Assembly: GCA_002633005.1 (NCBI GenBank)
Contig: NMRA01000082.1
Span: 286,576-350,575 of the forward strand
From: Phoronis australis
Taxonomy: Eukaryota; Animalia; Phoronida
DNA: 64,000 nt
Reading direction: 5' to 3'
The notes under the pieces were generated by a model. The model did no database searches and was not told the origin of the DNA. It saw nothing but the letters and a program-made list of their open reading frames with translations. Shown here piece by piece: positions 41,201 through 50,995 of this stretch (position 1 is the first letter of the stretch; every line of letters begins with the position of its first letter). The translations under genes were made by a program, and so were the position numbers.

Positions 41201-44200
41201 ACAGCCCTCATCAATGTTATAAGCAGGGGCCACAGCTTCTATCACGATTACTTCGATGACGACAGCGTCACCTACTGTTTACTTCAGTGTCCGGTTAACT
41301 ACCAAACCAGCATGAAAGATTCATCTAATTTCACAATTTTCATCAACACTCTTCTCACACCAGAGTTAAGCTAGTATGAAAGGGCCTAAAGAGACAGTTC
41401 ACTGTTTGTACTCTTAAAAAATAAATAGGTACACTTGGCACGCACACATTATAGTACTATTAGAATTCTTATGTCAGTGATCTAGGAACCAGTATTATAT
41501 TGGTTCCTAGCTGTGATCTACCGGGAAGTACCCCTAAACATTAGGAGACATTTGAACAACGAAGTGCCCCATACAAAAGTAAGAGCATAATCGCGTGTGG
41601 TGCAGTTAAAGTGTCCTTACCTCGTACTTTATGCCAAAAAAACAAGTTTTGGTTTAGGCTACATAAATACCATTACAAACTGGATCTCAAATCAAATTGG
41701 AGGTGATTTCAGAGCTTCAGAAGAACGGACAATTTGTTATTTCAGTAGAGCCTGGTATGAAGAGCGACAGTCCCTTTTGAGACCAGAGATATATCACTTT
41801 CAAACTGAGTAAGGAACAAAATGTAACAGTAAGTATCCTATATTTTTGGAAGAGATCATGGGTTTAATCAATGCTGCAATAAGTTAGAAAGTGGGAGTAA
41901 ATAATTTAAATAAGAAACTCACCAAAATTTTGAACTCATTTAGGGGACGATGAGACATTATTAAAACGAGAACAAATTTCAAAGTGCACCCACACTCATG
42001 TAATCAAAAATAACAATTTTTTTTCAGTATGCTGACCAGGAACCCATACTTTTACTTGAACGAGTCCTACGGTAACTGGGGACAAAGTGATCAAGATTTT
42101 CTAAAGCTTATTTGATCTCTGCTTAACTTTACATACAGACTAAAAGCATAGATGAAAAAAAAATAACATTACAATCTGGACCGCGACATCCACACTGTGT
42201 CTGATTCCTTTCATCCAACCATCAACGTCAATCTTATCTCATCCGAGAAGAAATTGGCCAGTTTGTTGCCATGGACACCATACCACAGGAAATCTGATAA
42301 GCGCAAGTCAATAACAGGTAAATACATCGAGTGGCGATCCTGCGGTCACTTTTCAACTTCAAGAGTGCTATTATCCTCGGGCTAATCAAGATATCGATAA
42401 TCCACCTTCACCGCAATCCATTAATTAATCGTGGAGTGGTTAGAGATCTTCATGATTCAAAGTTTAACTTCCTGTAATCCACGTTTACCCCTTGAAAGTC
42501 ATGATGGAACAAATTAAACAACCACGCTAACGACTAGAGATTACTGCTCAGGGGCTAATACCAAGTGGAAGTTTCCCACAGGACAAGAATGTCTTAACAA
42601 CCACTAATTAGATGATAAACTTGAGTCTTCATATACTTGCAAGCTGTTTTAAACATAGTTCCTAATGAGATGCCCAATCAACAGTGTCAATCAAGTTGTT
42701 ATTCAGTAGCATTGACTGGCTAATTCAGTTAGTGCATTAGCGCTGTGTCACACTCACTGTAAGTAATTTGATTGAAGAATATTGCACAAGTCAGACAGCA
42801 AGTATTCAAAGCTGGTAGATCAGTGAACAGGTCATAACCATCAGAGAGATATAATCAATAATGGACTTGTTGCAACTTCTTCTCTAATGACGATCTTCCA
42901 CACAGGCCGTAATTAATCAACTATACAGCCAACCACACCAATTGCAGAAATATTTGATTTCGTTTGATGATTGAGAACCGCTTGGTCCTAGTGTTACAAG
43001 AAGTTGTCAATATCCTTCATTTCCAGGGACTTCCAACTAACACAGTGTTCTCCACAATAGTAAATTCAAACTCTACTTGAGTTTAAAAATTCACGTATGT
43101 GTGTTCAAAAGTCCATGTCTGTACTGTGAGGAGTTAGTACCTTAAGACTTGGAATAAATTCATCAAACTGGTATCAAAAGTCCAAAACATTCTAACGAGT
43201 TTAAGAAATGACTAATCTCCCAATACTTCAAACTCGTTGCACAGGTTTTGAAACACAATGCACGTGAGTCAAACTCAACATGACAAAATTTAAACTCAGC
43301 TAGTGACAAGTCAAAACAGGTTGCGGAGAACACTGATCACAGAGGAGCAGCTTACGGTGCCTCAAGTCACGAAGTATCACAAACTGGATATTCCTTCACT
43401 AGGAAATTTATCACCCACAACTTCAGTAGACAATGATCTTCTGTGGGAGAAAAAGTTGGAATCACGAAGCATCCAAAGAATAATTCAATTGAAGTAATGC
43501 ATTTCAGTGCGCACGACAACATAAAGTATCCGCAGATTGTCATGAATCATTGAATGGGTTGACACCACAGCTAATCATGAATGAGACAAACGTGTAGCGA
43601 GAAATGGTATAACTATTTCCTCAGTTCAAGCTTATTCACAGTATCCACTGCAGGTGAAGCTTGAGGGAGTTACTCTCATCCGGTCCTGCAGCAGTAACTC
43701 GCAGGGAATCGCTGGACAACCGAACAGTAGCTCAGCATTTGTTGTACTAAATACATCTACTGATGGCTTTCAAAATATGTACTCAGCACTACAGGGCTTT
43801 CGCTGGCACACAGGACACTTCTGCACCGAGACAATAGTGCCTCAGTGACTGAAGAGCTTGCAATAAAAATTCTATTTAACAACCGATTGAAAACCAAGTT
43901 GCAAAAGCAAACAGACAACATAATGATCAATCGATTGGAAACCAAGCCAGGGACAACAGAAGATGGTCTAGTCTCTATCGACATTAGTTGACATAACAGT
44001 TAGAAGGTTGTTAACAGTATTGTAATTGCTCCTGGGGGGGTAATTCAGTCTCTTAAGCACACAAACCTGATGGGTCACTCCTCTCACTGCAACGTTGCCA
44101 TCGTAACAATACTTTGGGGGTTGGACAGTGGGAACCAAGTTCAAATCGCCACTCAACTTGGCAGTAAATAAGAAAATTCAACAGCAGAGCGTCAAACATT

Positions 44201-46574
44201 TGAAGCAGTGTGAAAGGTTACCTTCGGTATCCTCAGAGTTATCAGCAGGTGTCGCTGTCAATAACAGCAAGTGCTATATTAACTGATATTTGCATTTTTG
44301 CCAATTTCTTAGTTTTAGCATTGTAACTCAAATGCAAAGATGCACTGACTAAGCCTTCATTGCATTGATTACATTATAGAATAAAAGATAGTGACCGATA
44401 CATTTGCATGTGAAAAGGCAGGACAAGTGCTTCACACACGTGTTGCATTGTGGGTAAACATCTCCTGTGCAATAATTTCAGGACGAGCCTAACCAGACCT
44501 CATCCAGAGCATTCAGGTGTCTGAGTTCCTTTTGACTGTTCAATACGCAATCAAACAACACAGTTCTACTTGTCAACTACTTTCAGTTGCCTAGCTTGGG
44601 TTTTTGTGTTTTGTCAGGTAATAGGAGACCATACCATTTACTACATGTAAGCAAATGCTAAAATGTAGAGTTCATTTACCCCAGGTTGCTATAGTGACTC
44701 GGTCAACAACCTGTCTCGTGAGATGGGCAGGAGGATTGTCACGACTTTCTGTTCTTGGCAAGAGAACTGCCTCTGGCTAGAACAGGATGTATGGTAACAG
44801 TGACAACACTGGTGTCAAAGGGAGATTTTCTGAATAACTCTTAGTTCATAACAGTTCTATCAACACACCGCAGGTGTTGTCAGCATATAACTTTAATGGA
44901 CACTCTCTGAAACTTGTCAGCCTATTTCCCAGACTGACCATGTCTCAGAAATAAAATGAAACTAGGCTTAGCAATCCAATGATCAGATCTGGTTTCATTT
45001 CGACAACCTTAGAAATAACTACGAAAAAGCTCACTTTTTGCAACATGGTTAAAGCAATTTAGACTACAATTTTAAAGCTCTATTACATCGAAATCTTAGC
45101 ACTGATTTCATTTTTTTTAAATGCCATACTGACTAATTGATTCAATTGCTTAATTACGCTGAGTTTTTTGTTTTCTTTTTCGTTATTCCTTTAATTCCGT
45201 ATGTTTTCCTTTTGTTCTCGTTATTTTCTTTGTTATTGCTCAGTATTATATTTTTACTTAATACACAATTTGTCACTGTGCACATATAAACCTAGATAAA
45301 ATGATTTTGTTTTCTGGGCTAATTCATGGCACTGTTGTTGTAATGCCCTACATTTGTGCTATTTTAAAAAGAACAGGTCACGGTAAAAGATCACAAACAC
45401 AGAGGATGCAAACTTACGGTTATGTGTGCATGGTAAAAATTCTCCAGCTTGGGGTAGTCTCTAAAATTTGGGATAGCGAAATTTACATAGAAATTGAATT
45501 TTATTGATTCTGAACATTGCGACATTTGTGATCTTGGCATTCCGTGATATTCTTCTATTTTGGACACTGTGTTTTTATTAACAGACTGCGAAAATAGATT
45601 TGGTAGTTCATAAAAATGTCAAAATTAGCTGACAGCCTGCCACGGAAGGCAAGTTTTCATGTGTCTCAATAGTGTGCATGGAGATGAATGCTTGTCGTTC
45701 ATTGTAATTCTAGAATTTGGCACAGCCTTTAGTGCCTAATTCCTTCAATTTGGTATAAGCTCTAGCCTTGAACAAAACAAAAAATTCACTATGTCCCTCA
45801 CTGCATAATTTGTACCGTATTATAAGACATGAAGGAGGCTACAAGGAGAACAAGCAGACCTTGAAAAGGGGTTGACATAATTTTGGCAATTATTTTGGTT
45901 TGAAATTGGTGAGTGTTTACTATATTTTTAACATGGTTATAAAAATTTGCTAAAGAAAAGTGACAATGTTGATATAGGTTCAATACACATGAGCATTTTA
46001 AAATGTTTGGGACGGAACGTTTTAAACTAAAACGTTTTAAATTCGCCATGTGAATGCAAAGCATTCTTAACTGGAACATTTCAATACATCTACCCAAGCT
46101 GAAAAAGAACGAGAACTTACACACCAGCAGAACGATGTCTCATGGCAGAAATATTCAAGGCAGCTGCCGCTCAACTTTGTTCATACATTTTAGCAGAGTA
46201 TCAATTTTGTCATGTGAACAGAACGCATTTTTAAAGATAAAACGTTTTAGCTTCAACGATTTAATTTTATGGTACTGTGACTCAAACTATAAAATTTGAA
46301 CTTAAACTTCAAAATTAAATGGAATTGAACAGATTAAGATTAAACTGGATATATATGACCAACTTTCAACACTTTCGGACAGAAATAATTCCCAACACTG
46401 CTCTTTTTTATTTAACAAGCCCGGGCATCCATCATTATCATGAGTGCCCAGTTTTTCAAAATTTTGTCTAATGGTAGCTATGATACAGAACACAGAAAAT
46501 TGTTAATTTGGTGCTCCTTATGCAATGATAATAATTTGTAAAACTTCTATTCAGACTTACCCTCTGTTCTCCAT
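11052..46574 (-). CDS. AGTPBP1: Cytosolic carboxypeptidase 1 (Nna1/CCP1, M14D tubulin deglutamylase), 23 coding exons, ~1228 aa
   Basis: Exons, all GT-AG and phase-consistent (3687 nt total): 46561-46574, 39711-39844, 33645-33706, 32693-32759, 31956-32099, 31190-31321, 29533-29664, 28817-28963, 28238-28477, 26983-27098, 23371-23472, 21665-22365, 20870-21016, 20005-20083, 19351-19507, 18390-18622, 17105-17258, 15877-16057, 15199-15328, 13900-14037, 13089-13265, 12057-12190, 11052-11217. Hallmarks: N-terminal ARM-like region ([26 protein letters not shown]), [46 protein letters not shown]. Confidence 0.95.
12057..12190 (-). CDS. AGTPBP1: CCP1 exon 22
   Basis: [20 protein letters not shown]; gtaagt donor. 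Confidence 0.9.
13089..13265 (-). CDS. AGTPBP1: CCP1 exon 21 (catalytic Glu)
   Basis: [31 protein letters not shown]. Confidence 0.95.
13900..14037 (-). CDS. AGTPBP1: CCP1 exon 20 (third Zn ligand)
   Basis: [19 protein letters not shown]. Confidence 0.95.
14340..14550 (+). mobile_element. Interspersed repeat family C, copy 1
   Basis: cctcgtgcaaaagtg...atgaatctgatc...tgatgttc...aaatttg shared with 30980-31137 and, reversed, with 58938-59100. Confidence 0.7.
14923..15180 (+). mobile_element. MITE family A copy (Tc1/mariner-like, TA|CAGT terminus)
   Basis: Shares cagtacaagccaaa and gtcagagtagtctcccctgatgac-gagaatgaagggga with 39348-39613. Confidence 0.75.
15199..15328 (-). CDS. AGTPBP1: CCP1 exon 19
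   Basis: [14 protein letters not shown]...[11 protein letters not shown]. Confidence 0.95.
15877..16057 (-). CDS. AGTPBP1: CCP1 exon 18 (Zn-binding HxxE)
   Basis: [20 protein letters not shown]...[15 protein letters not shown]. Confidence 0.96.
17105..17258 (-). CDS. AGTPBP1: CCP1 exon 17
   Basis: [24 protein letters not shown]. Confidence 0.92.
17910..18370. repeat. Degenerate ~21-22-bp tandem repeat (gatgacataactgatgatatgg-like)
   Basis: About 20 diverged units visible. Confidence 0.85.
18390..18622 (-). CDS. AGTPBP1: CCP1 exon 16
   Basis: GMRPLLYSV...ICYYRNHF...[15 protein letters not shown]. Confidence 0.96.
18761..18853 (+). mobile_element. tRNA-derived SINE head or tRNA pseudogene
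   Basis: A-box TGGCTCAGTGG (18769-18779), B-box GGTTCGAGTGC (18813-18823), stem TCTGC/GCAGA with a 7-nt loop lacking U33; the acceptor stem does not pair. Confidence 0.7.
19351..19507 (-). CDS. AGTPBP1: CCP1 exon 15
   Basis: [26 protein letters not shown]...[18 protein letters not shown]. Confidence 0.96.
20005..20083 (-). CDS. AGTPBP1: CCP1 exon 14
   Basis: [17 protein letters not shown]. Confidence 0.95.
20723..20887. repeat. 55-bp tandem triplication containing the exon-13 splice donor
   Basis: agccagtaaacaggccatactacagcttgaagcatacctcaagtggtcctgattc starting at 20723, 20778 and 20833. Confidence 0.93.
20870..21016 (-). CDS. AGTPBP1: CCP1 exon 13
   Basis: [25 protein letters not shown]. 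Confidence 0.92.
21665..22365 (-). CDS. AGTPBP1: CCP1 exon 12 (large low-complexity linker)
   Basis: 701-nt open exon ending [30 protein letters not shown]. Confidence 0.9.
23075..23278. repeat. Degenerate (GACT/GATT)n tetranucleotide repeat
   Basis: Directly visible. Confidence 0.85.
23371..23472 (-). CDS. AGTPBP1: CCP1 exon 11
   Basis: [29 protein letters not shown]; phase 0/0. Confidence 0.85.
24201..24737 (-). CDS. Putative alternative terminal exon in CCP1 intron 10 (178 aa, hydrophobic C-terminus)
   Basis: Acceptor ttcatttgcttatttag|TGC CTG TCA is phase 0 and stays open for 537 nt to TAG; AATAAA on - at 23949-23954. Confidence 0.5.
   Translation of the reverse strand, partial: CLSSGSDGSPERKMNKTKKGSPKMVESVIVEKSTTVSEVIVDSDAVNSTTSRAPQCAESPDATGSRRSSVTEKAWEVVSSIFSLVRRIPGMAVSVLSSWTVSTSDLKACVSGFEAFNFVGIVRLCFGNFLVFKTSSFFVEFSVFCSDFGWRCLEVLEGLLAFCIMSAYYYVTVILETI
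25928..25981 (-). CDS. Putative 54-nt symmetric cassette or alternative-start exon ([18 protein letters not shown])
   Basis: tgtgtttgcctacag|ATG GCT GAT...GAG CTT|gtgagt; phase 0/0; locally GC-rich. Confidence 0.6.
26983..27098 (-). CDS. AGTPBP1: CCP1 exon 10 (acidic)
   Basis: [28 protein letters not shown]. Confidence 0.82.
28238..28477 (-). CDS. AGTPBP1: CCP1 exon 9
   Basis: [15 protein letters not shown]...[16 protein letters not shown]. Confidence 0.92.
28817..28963 (-). CDS. AGTPBP1: CCP1 exon 8
   Basis: [25 protein letters not shown]...LKNVTNL. Confidence 0.93.
29533..29664 (-). CDS. AGTPBP1: CCP1 exon 7
   Basis: [12 protein letters not shown]...[14 protein letters not shown]. Confidence 0.93.
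29930..30046 (+). pseudogene. Truncated THAP zinc-finger coding remnant (transposon-derived)
   Basis: [18 protein letters not shown]...LKFFNFPT* matches the THAP N-terminal pattern (CxVxGC...FFxFP) and then stops. Confidence 0.6.
30900..31140 (+). mobile_element. Interspersed repeat family C, copy 2
   Basis: Similar to 14340-14550 and 58938-59150. Confidence 0.7.
31190..31321 (-). CDS. AGTPBP1: CCP1 exon 6
   Basis: [18 protein letters not shown]...LKYLASN. Confidence 0.92.
31825..31946. repeat. C-rich 21-bp degenerate tandem repeat next to the exon-5 donor
   Basis: ccactcccataagccccgccc-like units x~5. Confidence 0.75.
31956..32099 (-). CDS. AGTPBP1: CCP1 exon 5
   Basis: [15 protein letters not shown]...[11 protein letters not shown]. 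Confidence 0.93.
32693..32759 (-). CDS. AGTPBP1: CCP1 exon 4
   Basis: [22 protein letters not shown]; phase 0/1. Confidence 0.85.
33645..33706 (-). CDS. AGTPBP1: CCP1 exon 3
   Basis: [21 protein letters not shown]; phase 1/0. Confidence 0.8.
39348..39613 (+). mobile_element. MITE family A, full-length copy (Tc1/mariner-like)
   Basis: TA|CAGTACAAG...CTTGTATTG|TA imperfect TIRs with a TA duplication. Confidence 0.8.
39711..39844 (-). CDS. AGTPBP1: CCP1 exon 2
   Basis: [14 protein letters not shown]...[15 protein letters not shown] resembles the vertebrate CCP1 N-terminus. Confidence 0.9.
41029..41387. mobile_element. MITE family B, full-length copy (PIF/Harbinger-like)
   Basis: TIRs aggcgctttcatgcta / tagtatgaaagggcct; internal sequence shared with ~4000-4130 and ~44160-44250. 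Confidence 0.65.
42265..42278. promoter_or_regulatory. RFX X-box-like motif GTTGCCATGGACAC
   Basis: Close to the X-box consensus GTTGCCATGGCAAC. Confidence 0.35.
44685..44698. promoter_or_regulatory. RFX X-box-like motif GTTGCTATAGTGAC
   Basis: Fits the X-box pattern. Confidence 0.35.
46561..46574 (-). CDS. AGTPBP1: CCP1 first coding exon (MENRG; whole exon 46561-46587)
   Basis: Strong polypyrimidine acceptor tttctctatttctattcttacag| and donor |gtaagt; ATG GAG AAC AGA GG is phase 2 and fits exon 2. Confidence 0.75.
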
Positions 46575-46689
46575 AGCTTACTCCAACCTGTAAGAATAGA
46601 AATAGAGAAAGAGGAATTGAAAATAGTATGTTTGATAATAATGACTAAATGTTGTTAAACTTCCTTGCATATCAGAGGACGAAGCAAAT

Positions 46690-47285
46690 ACTTGAAGGCA
46701 TCAAAAGACAGTGACCACCCTCTCTAGCTGGCCTTAGGGATGGTGAAGCTCCTATGGGGCCTTCATGCGCCGGGAGCTTGGCGAATTATGCCTCGCATTA
46801 GTTAAAACATCACAAAGTCATGTTGTTATAAGTCCCTTTCGCGCTTAGTAGGCCGTCGATGTCTTTAATTTCTTCCACCTCGAACAAATACTCCTGTAGC
46901 AACGACTATCTTTCGAGCAGTCCTTCGCAAAGTTGCCCAAATTGGCATACCATGTTTAACAGTGCGAGCATTCCTGGCCCGTCCACTAAACATACGAGTG
47001 TTGAAAATGGCCAGCAACCAATTGGGGCAACTAAACGAAGGATTGCTCGGAAAAAAGTTTGATTATGGGAGTTTTGTTCGAGTTGGAAGGAATTAAAGAC
47101 ATCGACAGCCTCATAAGGTGTCCCTCTATGTGAAACAGGTACTTATAACAATATCACTTTGATGTTTTAATCAGTGTGAGGCATAATTCGTCAAACAGCT
47201 TCCGGAATAGGAAGCTTCAGCTTCACCGTCTGGACGGCCACTCGAGACAGTGGTTCAGTACTGTAGTCATACGGATGCTTCAATT
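46690..47285. mobile_element. Foldback MITE with ~200-bp imperfect inverted arms
   Basis: gtcgatgtctttaatttcttccacctcgaacaaa / tttgttcgagttggaaggaattaaagacatcgac and gaattatgcctc / gaggcataattc; a related fragment lies at ~61973-62020. Confidence 0.8.
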
Positions 47286-48012
47286 CTGTAGGTAAATGTC
47301 GATGTCAGTCTCAGCTGTGGCGTCTCTATGTTGTGATGTCCTTTTCGTTACAATGTTGGTCTTGGCCTGGTGCGACATCTGACGCCAGAAGTGCCCAGCA
47401 GAGGTCACCCTGTCATCACGTGACCAGTCATCTCTCAAGACCACGTGACAAGATCGGAGTTTGCGGCCGTCCTGTGCGGACGTGATGTCTTTACTCTTTC
47501 ACCGTGTTCAATAGGCCGAACCTGTTTGACTGTAGCAGTAGCTGCAGCCCAGTAATACAACAATACTGATGTCGGTGGTGAACGAATTAAAGCAGTACTT
47601 GCTGAAAAAATTGCCCCTTCAACTTTGTGAACACCAGGGAAGAGATAGTGGTCGACCCTACTCCGACTGTGTACTTGAAAATTGACCAATCAATGAATGG
47701 GATTGCATAGACCATGACCATGGTGTAAACTTACAATCTTGTTCTATAATCACCCTGATAATGATGCCGTATGGCCACCCACGTGAACCTGGTACAAGTT
47801 AACTGGCAGACAGACGCTGTGCGTGTTTTCAGTTGCAACTCAGTCAGTCAGTGCCAAGTCAGAAATCGAGTGAACGGTCACAGGCACGGCATAGCGCAGC
47901 ATGCAGTCAGCAGGGTGAGTGTTCACGCGAGTCGTTGTTCACAGAGCCACATTCAGATATCTTACTCGGATGTTCTAACATAAAAAATGTCATTTTACAG
48001 CTTTTCTCTTAC

Positions 48013-48135
48013 CTTCCAGTCACATTGGCGCGTAAATTAACTCCACTGACCGAGGAAAATTAAAAGCTACTAGTACTCCAGTTTGAACGACATAAACGGA
48101 AGTTACCCTTGTTACCGCCACTAGATGTCACCCCT
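48013..48135 (-). promoter_or_regulatory. Candidate CCP1 promoter and non-coding first exon
   Basis: Donor ggaag|gtaaga at 48013/48012; ETS core CGGAAGT at 48097; CTCF-like CCACTAGATGTCAC at 48118; CpG-richer region 47300-48150 with CACGTG boxes. Confidence 0.45.
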
Positions 48136-48204
48136 TACATTACCGGACCAGTGGGTGTGTCTCGATTTGCCAGCCTGCTCAGGTCCAAGGGATTGCGTTC
48201 TTCA

Positions 48205-48323
48205 GTATGAGACCAAAGGCGTCCTCAGCTTCTGATCGTCCCCAATACACTACATATTATAGTAGTATTATATGTAGTGTATTGGGGACGATCAGAAGCT
48301 GAGGACGCCTGTGTATGAGACCA
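48205..48323. repeat. Perfect 41-bp-arm hairpin element flanked by 11-bp direct repeats
   Basis: Arms 48217-48257 and 48270-48310; gtatgagacca at 48205-48215 and 48313-48323. Confidence 0.92.
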
Positions 48324-49881
48324 CAATTGAAACGTGTTTGATGAAACTTTTCAGTCTTTCAGTTTTTTTTTGTAAAACACCAGTGATATATCTTTTGATG
48401 AAATTTTAGTTCTAAAACTGGCCATAACTTCAAAGACTCAAGATTTTCTAAGTAACTTAATATAATATCCCAAGTAATTCAAAGGACTGTTCCAAATTTT
48501 GAAAATTTTATTGCCAATACATTTGTAAAATATCACATGGAATTTAAGGCAATTGCCAACAAGTAGTTTTTCTAATTTTTCAACGCTGAAGGGCTTCTAG
48601 TGTTGTTGTAAGCGCAATTTTTCAAAACATTTTACGGCTATGGGACAGGAACTGACCATGGGGAAGCGCAGCATTGATCTAAGCACGATTTGCTAGTATA
48701 AAACTGAAATGTAGGTCTCACATTTGCCATAATAGTCAGTTCTGTTGTGCCGCTCTGTTATCGATAAGAGTAATGAGTTATATGGAAAGCATGACCATAT
48801 CACGTGAATTTGTGACGGGCAAAAAACGTCGCCAGAACTTGCCTTTACCCCACACCGGCGTGGTGTGCATGTAGAGCCATGCTATGTCCAAGTCCTAAAT
48901 CCTTACAGGTGAAGCAGGAATATCCAAGCAGTCGCGTGGAGTCGGATACAACAATCGATTGACACACAGGGCGCTTTAGATTACTCTGTGACAGCAATGC
49001 GAACAAGAAACTGTTTGGGTCTGCCAGTGGTTATTGTTTTAAAAAAAGCAGTCGAAACCAACAAAGAAAACAGATGGGAGGCTATAATACATATATTTTA
49101 CTAAGATGGTACTAGTGTACATATATATAATACAGAAACTGACAGTGCACGACATTTCACAGTGACTTCAGATCTACACACAAATAGAAATTGTACAAAA
49201 ATATTCTCTTGATTTCTAAACATTGCACCAGTTATCACTAAATCAAGATACCACAGCGCTACCTCCAGGACAAAGCAAAAACTACATGATGTCCCACAGG
49301 TGTCGCCTTAATAAAGCTTCTGTTTATGTTCGGTAATTTCTCCCATGATTCCCTGTTGGAACTGTCATGCACTGATTAAACTGCTCACGAAAATGTCATA
49401 GATGTAAGGTCATTAATTTACAATAGCTGGTCATTAAATTATCAAATTGTGTCAACAGCTGGTCATTAAATTATCAAATTGTGTCAGAAGTAAGTTATTC
49501 AGCCTTTTGAATTCATCAAACATTACACCTTTCAGTTATTCACATATATTCCTTTTTCAACACTCCAGAGATGCGACTCATTGTGTGTACGAGTCCACTT
49601 GGTTACGTCTCCCAGGGGTACCCAATCCAATTTTCAATGCCGTGTGCCGCCATAGATTCTTCGACTGAATCCAGATTTTTTTGCTAAAAAATGTACCCTA
49701 ATGTAGAGTTTCTTGACCAAAAATGGCCTTAAGCAAATTTTTGTACACAGGAAGGGATATTCCATGGCAGCACTGTCTTCAATGTCCACTGAATGTGAGT
49801 AGCAGCCCTGGATGCGTCTGTCAATAAATAAAAATAAGAGTTGTGGAAGCAGCAATCATCATCCTGCTCAGACCCTCCTAA

Positions 49882-49999
49882 ATATATATATATATATATA
49901 TACATATACTATATGCATGGGTATATGTACGTGTACATATACATACATGTATATATATACATATATATGTGTGTGTATACACACACACACACACACACA
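49882..49999. repeat. (TA)n/(CA)n compound microsatellite
   Basis: Directly visible. Confidence 0.9.
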
Positions 50000-50831
50000 G
50001 CTGTACGTTTTTAAAAATATTACAACAATTGCATAAACAAAATGGACGTTCCAGCACTGAAAGTTTACAAGAACAGGTTACGACATCAAATCAGTTTGAA
50101 AAATTCCGTATGATACAGCTAACTTCGCATCTTGGCTTCTGGTAAAACTACTGACCATTAGTATAACGCAGATATATGTACAATCTTAATCCTTTATGTA
50201 ATATGTGGACAAATTTTCTTGTACAACAACGAAGGTCCAGGAGCTAGAACAAAACAAGTTCTCAAAATGCAAAATATCAACTCATGACTGAGTTTTCGCC
50301 TTTTGTGGAAATCGTGAACTTGGTAATTAATATGAAAGTTTAATTTTGAAGAATTACTGAAAGCAAGTTCTCTAAATACCACAGCCCTCCCGGCACAGTA
50401 TTCCGAAAAGTGAGTTTCACGGTCCAAAAACCTGATAGCCAGTCACTCACTGATCAAAGGAGGATACTGATCAATGCGAACTGGCTCCTTCCGCTTCCTA
50501 AACAAAAAATTATGTACCACGTGAACGTGGTATTCATAGACTGACACATGCTATTTTCATGATATTTCACAAAGGTTACCTTCTCAAGCTGTGAGGGCAA
50601 GCTAAGTAGATGACCATCACGGGGATTTTTGGCAAAGCTCAATGTTAGGTGGTGTCACTCTGCCTTTGTTTAGCAAACTGACGGCTGTCGAGATTTCAAA
50701 TATGATAAATAAGTGACATAGCGTGGCAGAATGTTACGGTATGATACAATTTTTCCAAGTTGGTATTAAAAAGGAAGCTCGCAGATTTCCAAGGAAGCCA
50801 AAATGGAAACGCTGAAGGGACAAGTGTCGCG

Positions 50832-50995
50832 TGTTTCAACATTTTCAAGTGTTTCAACACTTTCAAGTGTTTCAACACTTTCAAGTGTTTCAACACTTTC
50901 AAGTGTTTCAACACTTTCAAGTTTTTCAACACTTTCAAGTGTTTCAACACTTTCAAGTGTTTCAACACTTTCAAGTGTTTCAACACTTCCAAGTG
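50832..50995. repeat. 18-bp minisatellite (gtttcaacactttcaagt) x9
   Basis: Directly visible; accounts for the spurious repetitive ORFs here. Confidence 0.96.
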
